Assembly: GCA_965261735.1 (NCBI GenBank)
Contig: OZ253470.1
Coordinates: forward strand, 3,552,001 to 3,616,000
Direction: 5' to 3'
DNA: 64,000 nt
Source: Alphaproteobacteria bacterium
Lineage (GTDB): Bacteria; Pseudomonadota; Alphaproteobacteria; SHVV01
In this document: positions 9,609 to 20,435 of the stretch, in pieces
How positions within the stretch are numbered: the first letter of the stretch is position 1
Layout: each line of letters begins with the position of its first letter
Position numbers and translations under genes: made by a program
Notes under the pieces: generated by a model
Database searches by the model: none
Seen by the model: the letters and a program-made list of their open reading frames with translations, nothing else
What the model was told of the DNA's origin: nothing

Positions 9609-10436
9609 TCAGCCTAATACAAAACTAATCATGAGCCGATTGAACTTGTCCGCGTACTCTGATTGCGGCTTGTGATCGCACGCGTCGAAGATCTCGACTC
9701 GGCAATCCGGCATGCGGCCTTGACCCTCGAGCGCCCGCTGCCAGCTGGCGCGAGGATCGTGGCGACCGATCACGACCAGCGTAGGGACGTTCATCTCCGC
9801 GAGCCGGTGGCGCACGTGCCACTCGGGATCGTCGGCGGAACGAACCACGCCCTCGATCGTTTCGGTGAAGGCCTGCTGCCGTCCCGGTAGCGCGAACGCC
9901 GTGAGCTGGCTCAGGATGATCTCCTCGAACACATCGCCCTTGAGGTAGCTGGAGCCGATATTGCGTTCGCGAATCATCGCCGCCGAAGGCGCCGCCAGCG
10001 CCGCGGATTGGTTGGCCTGTGCGTCGCGCGCGGCTTTTTCGAGTTCCTCGGGCGTGTCGAACACCGGCGCGCCCACAAGCACGAGCTTGTCGAGCTGATG
10101 TGGCCGTTCGAAATAGGCGAGGGCGCTGATCATGCCGCCGAACGAACTACCAGCCAGCGTGTAACGATCCATGCCGAGCCGGTCGACGAAGCCGAACAAG
10201 TGCTGGAGCTGTACCTCCTGTGGCACGGCATCCGCCATATCGATCGAGTCGGAATAGCCGTGGCCGATCAGGTCCAGGGCGTAGACCGAAAAATGCTCGG
10301 CCAGGGCATCGATATTGCGCACCCACGTGTCCGCGGCAGCTCCCACACCGTGCACGAGAACGAGATTCGGACCGCTGTCCCCGCCATGGTAGTAGCGGGT
10401 GCGGATGCCATTAACCGGGACGAACGAAGCGCGCAT
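9609..10436 (-). CDS. Alpha/beta hydrolase
   Basis: LVHGVG, DLIGHGYS, GSSFGG nucleophile elbow, C-terminal His. Confidence 0.88.
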   Translation of the reverse strand: MRASFVPVNGIRTRYYHGGDSGPNLVLVHGVGAAADTWVRNIDALAEHFSVYALDLIGHGYSDSIDMADAVPQEVQLQHLFGFVDRLGMDRYTLAGSSFGGMISALAYFERPHQLDKLVLVGAPVFDTPEELEKAARDAQANQSAALAAPSAAMIRERNIGSSYLKGDVFEEIILSQLTAFALPGRQQAFTETIEGVVRSADDPEWHVRHRLAEMNVPTLVVIGRHDPRASWQRALEGQGRMPDCRVEIFDACDHKPQSEYADKFNRLMISFVLG

Positions 10437-10759
10437 AAGACGCCCGCGATGTTGGGGCGACGGAGACTCCGGGACACTTTCACATTGGCGAAGCCGAGCA
10501 AAGCAAAACAGGATTCTCCGCCGTCGATGCGGCGTTCAACGCACGCATCGCTGGAAGGACGAGGAGACCGACGGGCGATGAACTGACCGGCTATGTTTCA
10601 GCCCGAAGACCGCGCCACGCCCGAGCGCGGAATAGGCCTCAGCGGCACTGGTTTTGAGCAGCGCACCCCATCCACCCTGATGAACGGCATGCGCAACGGC
10701 GGCGGGTTTACGCACATGGGTGGATACGTGTTCGCGAAGCGCAGCGAGTTTCGGCCGTG

Positions 10760-10990
10760 CGCTGAAAGCTTGATGACCCCATCCCGATCAATATCGAACC
10801 GCTCAAAAGGGCGGCTACTGCGCCATTCCTCGCGCGTGAGGTTGCCGTCACCATTTGTGTCCTGTTGGGACATGACCTTTTGGGCTGTGGGACGGGCCTC
10901 TTGAGAATTGGCCCGATCAACTGCCAGATTGGCGGCCAAGGCCGCAAAGAACAATAGTTGCTCATACGATCTGCGAAGGCGATTGTGCAT
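10760..10990 (-). pseudogene. Secreted EF-hand protein, N-terminal fragment
   Basis: Signal-like stretch then DTNGDGNLTREE and DIDRDGVI loops in the 10598..11824 frame; sequence turns unrelated afterwards. Confidence 0.55.
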
Positions 10991-11030
10991 GATGTTCGTG
11001 ACAACACCCGTTCGCCCGACGTCGGCGCGG

Positions 11031-12479
11031 GATCGTGTCCCGCGGAGTGGTGTAAGAGCGTTGCGCTCTACGCGGCTCCCGGCGTGTAGGGCCGGGACGT
11101 TCAGGCTGCCACGGTGGGCAGCGTGATGGGGACACCATCGCTCAGCGGAGCGATGGATTCCAGCGTCATGTATCTCCTTGAGACGGCCCACTCGTCGTTC
11201 TGCTCGAGAAGGATGGCGCCGACGAGCCGTGTGATGGCGGCTTCGTTGGGAAAGATACCGACGACGTTGGTGCGACGCTTGACCTCGGCATGGAGCCGTT
11301 CGATCGGGTTTGTGGAGTGCAATTTCTGACGGTGCTCCCTGGGGAAGCTCATGTAGGCGAGGACGTCGTGCTCGGCTTCGTCCATGAGAACTGCCAGCTT
11401 GGGCACCTTGGGCCTGAGCTGGTCGGCGACCTGGCGCCACTGGACCTTCGCGCTGTCGGCGTCCTCCTGGGCGAAGGCGGTGGCGACGAAGGCGGAGACG
11501 ACGCGCCGGCCCTGGCGGCCGGCATGGGCCAGCAGGTTGCGGGCGAAGTGCACGCGGCAGCGCTGCCATGTGGCGCCGAGGATCCGGGTCGCGGCGGCCT
11601 TCAGGCCCTTGTGGTCGTCGGAGATCACCAGCTTCACGCCGCGCAGCCCGCGCCGGGCCAGCGAGCGCAGGAACTCGGTCCAGAAGGTCTCGGCCTCCGA
11701 CGCGCCGATCGCCACGCCCAGGACCTCGCGGCGGCCTTGGTCGTTGACGGCCACAGCCACGGTCACCGCGACCGAGACGATGCGTCCGGTCTGGCGCACC
11801 TTCACGTAGGTGGCGTCGAGCCACAGATAGGGCCAGTCGCCCTCCAGCGGTCGATCGAGGAAGCCGGTGACCTTATCGTCGATCTCGCCGCACAGCCTGG
11901 AGACCTGGCTCTTGGAGGCGCCCGACATCCCCATCGCCTGAACCAGATCGTCGACCGAGCGGGTCGACACCCCCTGGATGTAGGCCTCCTGGATCACCGC
12001 AGCCAGCGCCTTCTCGGCCATCCGCCGCGGCTCCAGGAAGCCCGGGAAGTAGCTTCCCTTCCTCAGCTTCGGGATCTTCAGCTCGACCGTGCCGGCCCGC
12101 GTCTCCCAGGACCGGTCGCGGTAGCCGTTGCGATGGGTGATACGATCCGCCGAGCGCTCGCCGTGCCCGGCGCCGGTCAGGCCCTCAACCTCCAGTGCCA
12201 TCAGCCGCTCGGCCGTGAAGCCGATCATCTCGCAAAGCAGATCGGCATCGGAGCTCTTCTCCAAAAGCGCGCGCAGGGTCATCATGTCCTGGGTCATCGT
12301 GGTTCTCCTTCGGGTCAGGTTGGTTTGCACTAGCCCAACCCTAAACCGGAACCGCGATGGCCTCCGCTGTGGATAGCCGGCTTGCCTACGCCAGACTCTC
12401 GGCGGTCGCTACGGCAAGCCGCCTACCCACAGCTACCAGAGGCTCCAACAACTCCTACACCACGTCCTGGGACACGACC
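11031..12479 (-). mobile_element. IS256-family element type B, copy 1 (intact)
   Basis: IRs GATCGTGTCCC.../...GGGACACGACC; 8-bp TSD CGGCGCGG at 11023-11030 and 12480-12487. Confidence 0.95.
11101..12297 (-). CDS. IS256-family transposase
   Basis: [37 protein letters not shown]; RBS AGGAGA before ATG 12297. Confidence 0.95.
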   Translation of the reverse strand: MTQDMMTLRALLEKSSDADLLCEMIGFTAERLMALEVEGLTGAGHGERSADRITHRNGYRDRSWETRAGTVELKIPKLRKGSYFPGFLEPRRMAEKALAAVIQEAYIQGVSTRSVDDLVQAMGMSGASKSQVSRLCGEIDDKVTGFLDRPLEGDWPYLWLDATYVKVRQTGRIVSVAVTVAVAVNDQGRREVLGVAIGASEAETFWTEFLRSLARRGLRGVKLVISDDHKGLKAAATRILGATWQRCRVHFARNLLAHAGRQGRRVVSAFVATAFAQEDADSAKVQWRQVADQLRPKVPKLAVLMDEAEHDVLAYMSFPREHRQKLHSTNPIERLHAEVKRRTNVVGIFPNEAAITRLVGAILLEQNDEWAVSRRYMTLESIAPLSDGVPITLPTVAA

Positions 12480-12749
12480 CGGCGCGGCCTTTACTCATGG
12501 TACGCGATCCGCTGCGCTACAGCACTGAGACAGCAGACAATATCAAAGCCGGACTAGCCGGTGCGAGCCTATCACTGGGTGTCCCGGGCCGACGGCGGCA
12601 TCGCCGGTCAGGTCCGCTCCCTAAGGTGAAGCAGACGAAATCGGGAGCAAAGCAGACGTTGCCGCTCGAAGGTCGGCTCTCGGGGGTAGAGCGGTCGGTC
12701 AGGCGACCTGTTCCGAGGTTCGCCTCCTAGCCACAACCGGACTTAACCT

Positions 12750-13060
12750 GCCGACCGGGTCGTTGCCAAGGTGGAAGGGCATCCCGGCGAGCTGTATCCG
12801 CGCGTCGGGCTCATCGTCACCAACCTGAGCCGCCCCGCTGAGCGGGTGGTGGCCTTCTACAATCGGCGCGGCACAGCGGAGCAGCACATCAAGGAGGGCA
12901 AGAACACCAGCAAGTGGACGCGCCTGTCGTGCCGCAGCTTCCGCAACGACGCCGTCCGGCTGCAGGTGCACGCTCTCGCCTACAATCTCGGCAACTTCCT
13001 GCGCATCCTGGGGTTGCCGGGTGCCGTGGAGCAGTGGTCGCTAACGATGCTCTGGAAGCA
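12750..13060 (+). pseudogene. IS1380-family transposase internal fragment
   Basis: HPGELYPRVGLIVTNL..FYNRRGTAEQHIKEGK..LAYNLGNFLR. Confidence 0.85.
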
Positions 13061-13152
13061 AGCGGATTGTATGTCGGGCGATTTCGAGTCACCATCAACC
13101 ATCTGGGGGGTTCCACACGGGGGATCCCGAACTAGAGGTGGGAGGCCTCACA

Positions 13153-13500
13153 ATGAACATGCCAGCATCGGTAAAGCCCGCGTCATGGGGCGCGGTCGGT
13201 GGCGCGATCGCTGCAATGGTTATCGGTTTTGCCTTGGGTGGCTGGGTAACGGGCGGAACGGCCGGAAAGATGGAGGTGGCAAGCGCAGAGGCGGCTATCG
13301 TCCAAGCATTTACGCCACTCTGCGTCGCCAAGGCGGAGCAGCAGCCGGAACAGCTCGTGCTCCTGAAGGAGGAGGACAGCTGGAAGCGCGACGATTTTGT
13401 CGTCAAGGCCGGCTGGGTCGATAACGTGACCGAAAAATACCGCTCCGCGGTCGCAGGAGCGTGCGCGCCGACAGTGGTGGAAGGCATGGGAGCTAAATAG
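13153..13500 (+). CDS. Conserved alphaproteobacterial hypothetical membrane-anchored protein
   Basis: GGAGG RBS; WGAVGGA..IGF..GGWVTGGTA N-terminus with two Cys. Confidence 0.7.
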   Translation: MNMPASVKPASWGAVGGAIAAMVIGFALGGWVTGGTAGKMEVASAEAAIVQAFTPLCVAKAEQQPEQLVLLKEEDSWKRDDFVVKAGWVDNVTEKYRSAVAGACAPTVVEGMGAK

Positions 13501-13558
13501 ACTTGTCCGGTATCAGCCCTACAGGGCGCCATCGAGTGCTTGACGGCCAAGCTGGTGG

Positions 13559-13883
13559 GTGCTGGCTCCGCTCCCAATCAAGGGCATCCCGGAGGTTTAC
13601 CGCGAACGCCTCAAGGAGATGAACGCCGACACCCGCAGCCTGGGCGCCCACTACAAGACGCCGGGGCGCAATCGCCTGATGGTCGAGCGCGCCAAGGAGC
13701 TGGGGCTCTACGACTGGCTGATCTCGCGCTCGCCGCGACCGTGGGGTACCCGACGTGATCGGTCGCTTCGAGGATTTAGCCGCCAAGGGCCTCAAGAACT
13801 GGGTCATCCATGGCGGCCGCATCAAGGACAAGGTCGCCCATCTCGATATGCTGTCGCGCGAGGTCATGCCCCATCTCGCCTGA
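13559..13883 (+). pseudogene. LLM-class flavin oxidoreductase C-terminal remnant (frameshifted)
   Basis: WGT, shifted frame DVIGRFEDLAAKG..LSREVMPHLA; no N-terminus. Confidence 0.55.
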
Positions 13884-13949
13884 CACGATGGCGGAACACC
13901 CGGCGCTTGCGTGACTTCAGCCCAGCGACCAGCAAGAGGAGCTGCCGCT

Positions 13950-14124
13950 CGAAAGAACGCCAAAGAAGGATAGTACGGCGCCAACTCCGGGAAACGCGAA
14001 TCAGTCCAGCCAACTGAATCCTCCGGACATCAATATCAACCTGCAGATTCACATCTCTTCCGATGCGACGCCAGATCTAATCGATCAAATATTCGCTAGC
14101 ATGGCTAAGCACAATCAACTTTGA
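13950..14124 (+). pseudogene. C-terminal remnant resembling DUF5343-type proteins
   Basis: PDININLQIHISSDATPDLIDQIFASMAKH translated by eye. Confidence 0.45.
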
Positions 14125-14190
14125 CTTCTTGCATCAAGTGGGATCGCGCGTAGTTTCGATCAACAGTCACGAGAACCGAGGGACTTATTT

Positions 14191-14562
14191 ATGATCAGTT
14201 ATGTAACGATCGGAACGAACGATCTTGAAGTCAACGCCAAATTCTATGACGCGGTTTTAGGCGTTTTGGGTGCCAGCCGGTCGCTCGAAACGGAAAGATT
14301 CATTGCGTGGAGGGGGAAGTCGGGTGGACCCGCGGTTAGCCTTTCCAAGCCGTATGACGGCAATCCTGCCACGGTCGGCAACGGGATGATGGTCAGCCTG
14401 ACCGCGGAGAGCCCTGAGATAGTAGATGCCATTCACAAGAAAGCGCTGGAGTTGGGAGCAAAGGATGAAGGCGCACCTGGACCTCGGGGCAGCGGTGAAA
14501 ACTATTTCGGTTATTTCCGTGACCCAGATGGTAACAAGCTGTGCGCCGTATATTTTGCTTAG
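14191..14562 (+). CDS. VOC/glyoxalase family protein
   Basis: MISYVTIGTNDL, ATVGNGMMV, DEGAPGPRG, YFRDPDGNKL. Confidence 0.92.
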   Translation: MISYVTIGTNDLEVNAKFYDAVLGVLGASRSLETERFIAWRGKSGGPAVSLSKPYDGNPATVGNGMMVSLTAESPEIVDAIHKKALELGAKDEGAPGPRGSGENYFGYFRDPDGNKLCAVYFA

Positions 14563-14731
14563 GAGCAGGGTTCCACCGGTCCAAGGCGAGATCGTTGTAG
14601 CCATACCACTCCGGTGATGAGGATCAAGGCGGCGGGGGAGCAGATGCTGCGCTCTACGTACTCTTTACCGCTGTGACCGGAAACCCGCCCAACGTCCAAC
14701 CGCGCGCCGGCTGAGGTGGTGGAGCTGCTGA

Positions 14732-16162
14732 GTGGCCAGCGAACACTGCGATGTCTTGATCATTGGCGGCGGCCCCGGCGGCATTAGCGCAGCCAGCATG
14801 GCCGTCCTGCATGGGAAAACGGCAACCATTATCAACGATGGCCCGCTTATGGGCTACGGTATCGAAGGGGCGTTCAGGTCCAAGGCCGGCTTCGAAATCG
14901 TCCGCGAGTACCTGCACGTGAAGTTCCGCAACGACGTTTTCGGCGAGATCCCGGTGATGGATTTCGCCAAGCTGAAACGGGGTATCGACCGCTCGGCGGC
15001 CAGCTTGGGCGCGATGCTGGCTACCCGATTACGGCGTCTCAATATCCGCGTGGTGCAGGGCCGCGCCACCTTCGTCGATACACACCGCGTGGTCGTCGGC
15101 GACCAGGAGTTTTCTGGCGAGCACATCATTATAGCCACCGGAACCCGGCCGCGAGTTCTGCCGCGGATGATGGTCGATGGGACCCGGATAGTCACCAGCG
15201 ATGAAGCCATCAACCTGTCGCATTCGCCAGCGAGTGTCCTGATTCTCGGCGCCGGCATCATTGGCTGCGAATTCGCCAGTATGTTCAACGCCGTCGGCAC
15301 CAAGGTTCATCTTGTCGATACCAAATCCCGGATCATGTCGAACGAGGATCACGACATCAGCGCGTTCATTGAAAACGCCTTCGCGGCCAGGGGCATCGAC
15401 GTCATCCCCGCCAGCCGCTATCAGAGCCATCAGCTCATGGACCGCGGCGTTCGCACAACGTTGTCCACCGGCGACATCGACACCGAAATGATCCTCGTTG
15501 CCGTGGGCCGCGCGCCCGCCATCGAAGATCTTAATTTGGCGGTCACCGGGGTTGCACTCGATTCGCAAAGCTATATTCGCATCGACGCCAATGCCCGCAC
15601 CAATGTGGCGCACATTTATGCCGTCGGTGATATCGGCACCCGCAACGTGCCAAGTGATTTGTCATTGGTTCATGTCGCCGAAGCCGAGGGTCGGTGCGCC
15701 GCCGCCCACATTCTCGGCATTGACTATCCCCAAGGCCTCGACCACATCCCCTATATCGTCTTCACCATTCCCATGATGGCGGGCGCCGGCGTCACCGAAT
15801 CTTACGTGCGCAAAACCCATGGCGGCGTCCGGGTCGGCAAATACCCCTTTGCCCGCAACCACCGCGCCCATGCCATTCAACCGCCGATCGGGTTTGTGAA
15901 ACTCATCGTCGGCCCACTCGGTGACGACAGAATTCTCGGCGTACGCGCGGTCGGCCCCAACGCCGACGCGATCGTTGGCGCGGCGGCGATTATGATCGAG
16001 CGCAATCTCCCTTATAACTACATCCTTGAATCGATCTTTCCGCATCCGTCGTTGCTGGAATGCCTTAAGGGGGCCGCCCATATTATCGCCGGCGATGCGC
16101 TTCAGTATGAGGAGGGCGAAGAACTGACCATCGCCCAAGCGCTCGGTGGAACTAACTCGTAA
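14732..16162 (+). CDS. Class I pyridine nucleotide-disulfide oxidoreductase-like flavoprotein lacking redox cysteines
   Basis: GGGPGG, IATG, GAGIIGCE, YAVGD, HPSLLE; CxxxxC segment reads LMGYGIEGAFRSK. Confidence 0.85.
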   Translation: MASEHCDVLIIGGGPGGISAASMAVLHGKTATIINDGPLMGYGIEGAFRSKAGFEIVREYLHVKFRNDVFGEIPVMDFAKLKRGIDRSAASLGAMLATRLRRLNIRVVQGRATFVDTHRVVVGDQEFSGEHIIIATGTRPRVLPRMMVDGTRIVTSDEAINLSHSPASVLILGAGIIGCEFASMFNAVGTKVHLVDTKSRIMSNEDHDISAFIENAFAARGIDVIPASRYQSHQLMDRGVRTTLSTGDIDTEMILVAVGRAPAIEDLNLAVTGVALDSQSYIRIDANARTNVAHIYAVGDIGTRNVPSDLSLVHVAEAEGRCAAAHILGIDYPQGLDHIPYIVFTIPMMAGAGVTESYVRKTHGGVRVGKYPFARNHRAHAIQPPIGFVKLIVGPLGDDRILGVRAVGPNADAIVGAAAIMIERNLPYNYILESIFPHPSLLECLKGAAHIIAGDALQYEEGEELTIAQALGGTNS

Positions 16163-16318
16163 CCGAGTGCCGTATCTTTAGAGCGGCTATGGGCCACACC
16201 ATTTGTGGGTTGTCACAACCTCGCCGGGTTGTTCTGCTCATGGTGGTCATATGCCCTGCGACTCACTCCCCAGCTCTTGCAGGCAATATGCAATCGGGAG
16301 ATGGATTGGAGAGAGTCG

Positions 16319-16660
16319 ATGGAATTCGAAGCAGAGGTCGCAAGGCTGCACGCGGAACTGCGTTTGCCCGGCTTGGCAGTGGGTATGATACGGGGCCGCG
16401 AACTATGGTGGTTCAATGGCTACGGCTTTGCTGACCTGGCGGAGAAAACTCCGGTGACGCGCGACACGCCGTTTCACCTGGCGTCCCTGACCAAGACCTT
16501 TGCGTCCACCCTGCTCATGCAACTGGTCGAACAGGGCAAACTCGACCTCGACACACCCGCCGCGACGTTCGGCATCGATCTGAAAAGCCGTGGCACCATC
16601 ACCGTGCGGCACCTCTTTTCTCACACCTCCAGAGGCAAGCCCGGCAAGCGTTATCCTCCA
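16319..16660 (+). pseudogene. Serine hydrolase (beta-lactamase family) N-terminal fragment
   Basis: LPGLAV, FHLASLTK (SxxK), ITVRHLFSHTS; truncated against the MFS gene end. Confidence 0.8.
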
Positions 16661-17767
16661 TCCGGCACCATATCGTCGCCGGCTAAGCTTGGGCAGCCTC
16701 GGGCGATATTGCGGCCTTCAGCGTGAGAAACGCGCTCGCCGCTCCGAGAAGCGCCAAGCCCGCAGAAATCAGCATGACGAGGCGATAGCCGGAGACAAAG
16801 GCTTCGGCTATCGCGCTCTCGAGCGCTGCGCGGGCGGCGCCGCCGACACCGGCAGGCACCTGCGCACCGGCGAGCTTAACGCGCTCGGCATCGAGCGCCT
16901 CGCGGACCCCGGAGGGCAGTTCGAGCGTCGCGAGGCTGCCGTCGAGACCGCTATTGAAGGCGGCAAGAACGAAGATGCCCATGACCGCGATGGCGAGGAG
17001 CCCCGCGACCCGCGAAACGGCATTGTTGATGCCCGAGGCGATGCCCGCGCGACCCTCGTCGACGGCGCCCATGACGAGCGTCGTGACTGGAGCGGCGCTG
17101 ACCGCCATTCCGAGGCCCAACACGACCATCGCCGGGAAGATCGTGGCCCAGTAATTCCCGCCTACCGCGGGAACGGCGAAGAGTGCGAACCCGGCAGCCG
17201 CAAGAATCTGCCCCGCGACCAGCGGCGTCCGGCCGCCGTAGCGGTCGGTCAGGCCGCCGGACCAGCGCGACAAAGCGCCGACGATGAGGATGAAGGGCAG
17301 GAACGCGGCGCCGGCCTCGGTCGCCGAGTATCCCTGCACCTGAACGAGATTGAAGGGCACGTAAAACAGCCCGCCGGAGAGAGCGCCATAGAGCAAGAGC
17401 GTGATGAGGTTGGCGCCGGCGAAGGTGCGCGAACGAAAAAGGCCGGGCGGCACCATCGGCGCCGATAGGCGCGCCTCGACGACCAGGAACGCCCCGATAC
17501 CAACAATGCCGACGGCGAGCGCACCCAGCACCATGGCATCGTCGAGGCCGCGCTGGCCCGCCTCGATCAGCCCGAAGACAAGGGCGCCGAGGCCAACCGT
17601 CACCAACAGCGCTCCCATGCCGTCGAGCCGGTACTCTCTGGTCTTGCCGTGGCTCTCGGGTACGTACCGGATCAGGATGGCGACGACGACGACCGCCGCG
17701 GGGACGTTGATGAAGAAGATCCACCGCCACGAGACGTTGTCCACCAACCAGCCGCCCAAGACCGGAC

Positions 17768-18850
17768 CTAGTGGATTGATTCCAACGTTTGGAACCCTCT
17801 GTTTCGTGCGGCGATGATATGATCGGGGTCGGCTTTCCAGATGAAGGGTTTTGGGTTTGCGTCATTGTATTCGCGGACAAATCGGTTGATGGCGTCCTGA
17901 AGGTCGACGACGGATTGGAAGACGCCGTATTTGAGCCTGCGCCGCGTTAGTTTGGCGAAGAAGCCCTCGACGGCATTGAGCCACGAGCACGAGGTTGGCG
18001 TGAAGTGGAAGGTCCAGCGTGGATGGCGGGCGAGCCAGGCGCGGACCTTGTCCTTCTTGTGCGCGGCGTAGTTGTCGAGGATGACGTGGACGGCCTTGTC
18101 CGTCGGCACCTCGCGCTCGATGCGGTTGAGGAAGCGGATGAACTCCTGATGGCGGTGGCGCTGCATGTTCTGTGCGATGACCGTACCGTCCAGCACGTTG
18201 AGCGCGGCGAACAGCGTCGTCGTGCCATGCCGTTTGTAATCATAGGTCATCGTACCGGCGCGGCCCTTCTTCATCGGCAAGCCGGGTTGGGTGCGGTCGA
18301 GCGCCTGGATCTGTGATTTCTCATCAACCGACAGCACCACGGCATGGGCCGGCGGATCGACATACAAGCCGACGATATCTGTGAGCTTCTCGGCGAAGGC
18401 GGGATCATTGGAGAGCTTGAAGTGCCGCCAGCGGTGCGGGCTGAGGCCATGGGCCTTCCAGATCGCTTGGACCGTCGACGCCGCGACGCCAGCAACCTTC
18501 GCCATCGCGCGCAGCGTCCAGTGGGTCGCCTCGTGCGGCGGCGCTTGCTGGGTCAGGCGGACGATCTCGGCGACGCGCTCCGGCGGGATCGGCGCTTTGC
18601 CAGGCGGACGGGACCTGTCGCGAAGCAAGCCGTTGACACCCTCGTGCATGAACCGCTCCTGCCAGCGCCAGACACAGGTCTTGGACTTGCCGGTCTCGGC
18701 CATGATCGACGAGTTCCCGAGCCCCTCGTCGCTCTTCAGGATGATCCGCGCCCGCCAGACATGTTTCTGCGAGCTCTTCGGGTCCGCGACGATAGCTTGC
18801 AATCGCTGACGGTCGCCAGACGTGACAGTAAAATGGATGCCGGTGCGCAT
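17768..18850 (-). CDS. IS630-family transposase
   Basis: VDEKSQIQAL, YKRHGTTTLFAAL, LDNYAAH, SWLNAVE. Confidence 0.95.
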   Translation of the reverse strand: MRTGIHFTVTSGDRQRLQAIVADPKSSQKHVWRARIILKSDEGLGNSSIMAETGKSKTCVWRWQERFMHEGVNGLLRDRSRPPGKAPIPPERVAEIVRLTQQAPPHEATHWTLRAMAKVAGVAASTVQAIWKAHGLSPHRWRHFKLSNDPAFAEKLTDIVGLYVDPPAHAVVLSVDEKSQIQALDRTQPGLPMKKGRAGTMTYDYKRHGTTTLFAALNVLDGTVIAQNMQRHRHQEFIRFLNRIEREVPTDKAVHVILDNYAAHKKDKVRAWLARHPRWTFHFTPTSCSWLNAVEGFFAKLTRRRLKYGVFQSVVDLQDAINRFVREYNDANPKPFIWKADPDHIIAARNRGFQTLESIH

Positions 18851-18919
18851 AGCACAGACTCGCATGACACCGCACAATACGGAATCTCAAATCGGACTCT
18901 TTCGTTCCGATCAATCCAC
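17771..18919 (-). mobile_element. IS630-family element
   Basis: IRs GTGGATTGAT/ATCAATCCAC; TA duplication at 17769-70 and 18920-21 within a CTAG target. Confidence 0.95.
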
Positions 18920-19440
18920 TAGCGCCATCGCCAGCGCGGTCATGCCCGACCAGGTGCCGATCGCCCGGCCGCGTTGCTCCGCGCTGAAGGTGGCGCTGAT
19001 GAGCGCCAAGCCGCCCGGCACAAGGAGCGCCGCGCTCAGGCCCTGAACGGCCCTCGCGAGGATGAGCTGCGGCGTGTCCGGGGCGAGCCCGCACCATACC
19101 GACGCCGCCGCAAAGGCGACGACGCCCACGCCGAAAGTGCGCCGGCGCCCGTAGGCATCGCCCACCATGCCGCCGACAAGGATGAGGGCGGCCAGGAACA
19201 GCGCGTACGACTCGACGACCCACTGTAGCTGCGCCGCGCTGGCGGCGAGTTCGACCTGGAGAACGGGCAGCGCAACGTTGACGACCGTGGCGTCGATGAA
19301 GGCCATGCTCGACCCGATGATCGCCGCGGCCAACACCCAGCGCCCGGTAATCTTCGCGCACGCCTCGCGGTCGGGCGCCGCACGGATCGCACCTTCGCAG
19401 GACGGTTCTGGACAGTAGATCGCGATGTGCGCTCGCGGGC

Positions 19441-20430
19441 CTAACTTTCGCCCGCTACGGTTGCGCGCGGCGGCGGCGGCGCGGCCTCGGCCATGCGTCG
19501 CAGGTCTTCGGCGGTGCGCGCCTTGGGCGCGCCCGCCGGCATCAGCCCGCGCGGCATAAAGACCATCAACAGGACGATCGTCATGCCGTAGAGCATGAGG
19601 CGGAAACGCGGCTCGTCGGTTGTCGTCAGCCACGGCATGAAATAGACGAAGGCGGCGCCCGCGACCGTGCCCCAAAACGTGCGCAGCCCGCCGAGCAGCA
19701 CGCCGAGCAGCAGGATGAACGTAAGATTGACGCCGAACTCGGGCGGATAAAGGATCGTGACCCGGTGCGCCCAGAGGTTGCCCCCGAGGCCGGTGATGAA
19801 GCCGCCGATGACCCACGCCAGCAATTTCGTCCGCTTGACGTTCACGCCCATCGAGCCGGCGACGAGTGGGCTCTCGCGGATCGCCTGAAACGCGAGCCAG
19901 AAGCGCGATTTTTCCAGCCGCCACAAGGCGAACATCACGATCAGGACGACGATGAGAACGGGTGGCCACTCGGCGCGCAGCGGAATGCCCGGGAATCCGA
20001 GCGCGCCACCGACGTATTCGGTGGTCAGCCACACCGTGATCAAGGCCTCGCCAATGGCGAAAGTGCTGATGGCTAAATAGAACCCGGTCAGGCGTAAGCC
20101 CAAAAGGTACCAATAGAGGAAACCGGCGAACGACCCGGCGAGGCCGGAGAGCGGCAGCGATAGCCAAAACGGTATACCGAGCTTGACGACGAGCACCGCC
20201 GATGAGTAGGCCGTAATGCCGACCATGCCGGCGTGACCGAGCGAGTACTGCCCCGCGGCAAAGAGGACGAAGCAACCGAGCGCGCTGACGAGGTAAATGC
20301 CGTAGTCGACCGTGAGATCGAGCAGGAAGAGCCAGGTTACGCTCGAGTAGTGCAGGACGAGACCCCGCCAGGTGGCCTCCCAGCTGAGACCGAGCAGGCG
20401 CTCGAGGAAATCCGGCGTGAGCGTGTCCAT
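19441..20430 (-). CDS. Branched-chain amino acid ABC permease (LivM-like)
   Basis: GQYSLGHAG, LRLTGFYLAIST, AIRES..GVN, LGGLRTFWG. Confidence 0.88.
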   Translation of the reverse strand: MDTLTPDFLERLLGLSWEATWRGLVLHYSSVTWLFLLDLTVDYGIYLVSALGCFVLFAAGQYSLGHAGMVGITAYSSAVLVVKLGIPFWLSLPLSGLAGSFAGFLYWYLLGLRLTGFYLAISTFAIGEALITVWLTTEYVGGALGFPGIPLRAEWPPVLIVVLIVMFALWRLEKSRFWLAFQAIRESPLVAGSMGVNVKRTKLLAWVIGGFITGLGGNLWAHRVTILYPPEFGVNLTFILLLGVLLGGLRTFWGTVAGAAFVYFMPWLTTTDEPRFRLMLYGMTIVLLMVFMPRGLMPAGAPKARTAEDLRRMAEAAPPPPRATVAGES

Positions 20431-20435
20431 TGCCG

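Larger units (their letters stand above)
16683..19430 (-). pseudogene. DHA2-type MFS transporter split by IS630
   Basis: GSSMAFIDATVVNVALP; removing the IS restores ..AMALGPVLGGW..; no clear start codon at the 5' end. Confidence 0.9.

Noticed and set aside
16319-16726. Beta-lactam resistance gene
   Set aside because: Only the N-terminal third of a generic serine hydrolase remains
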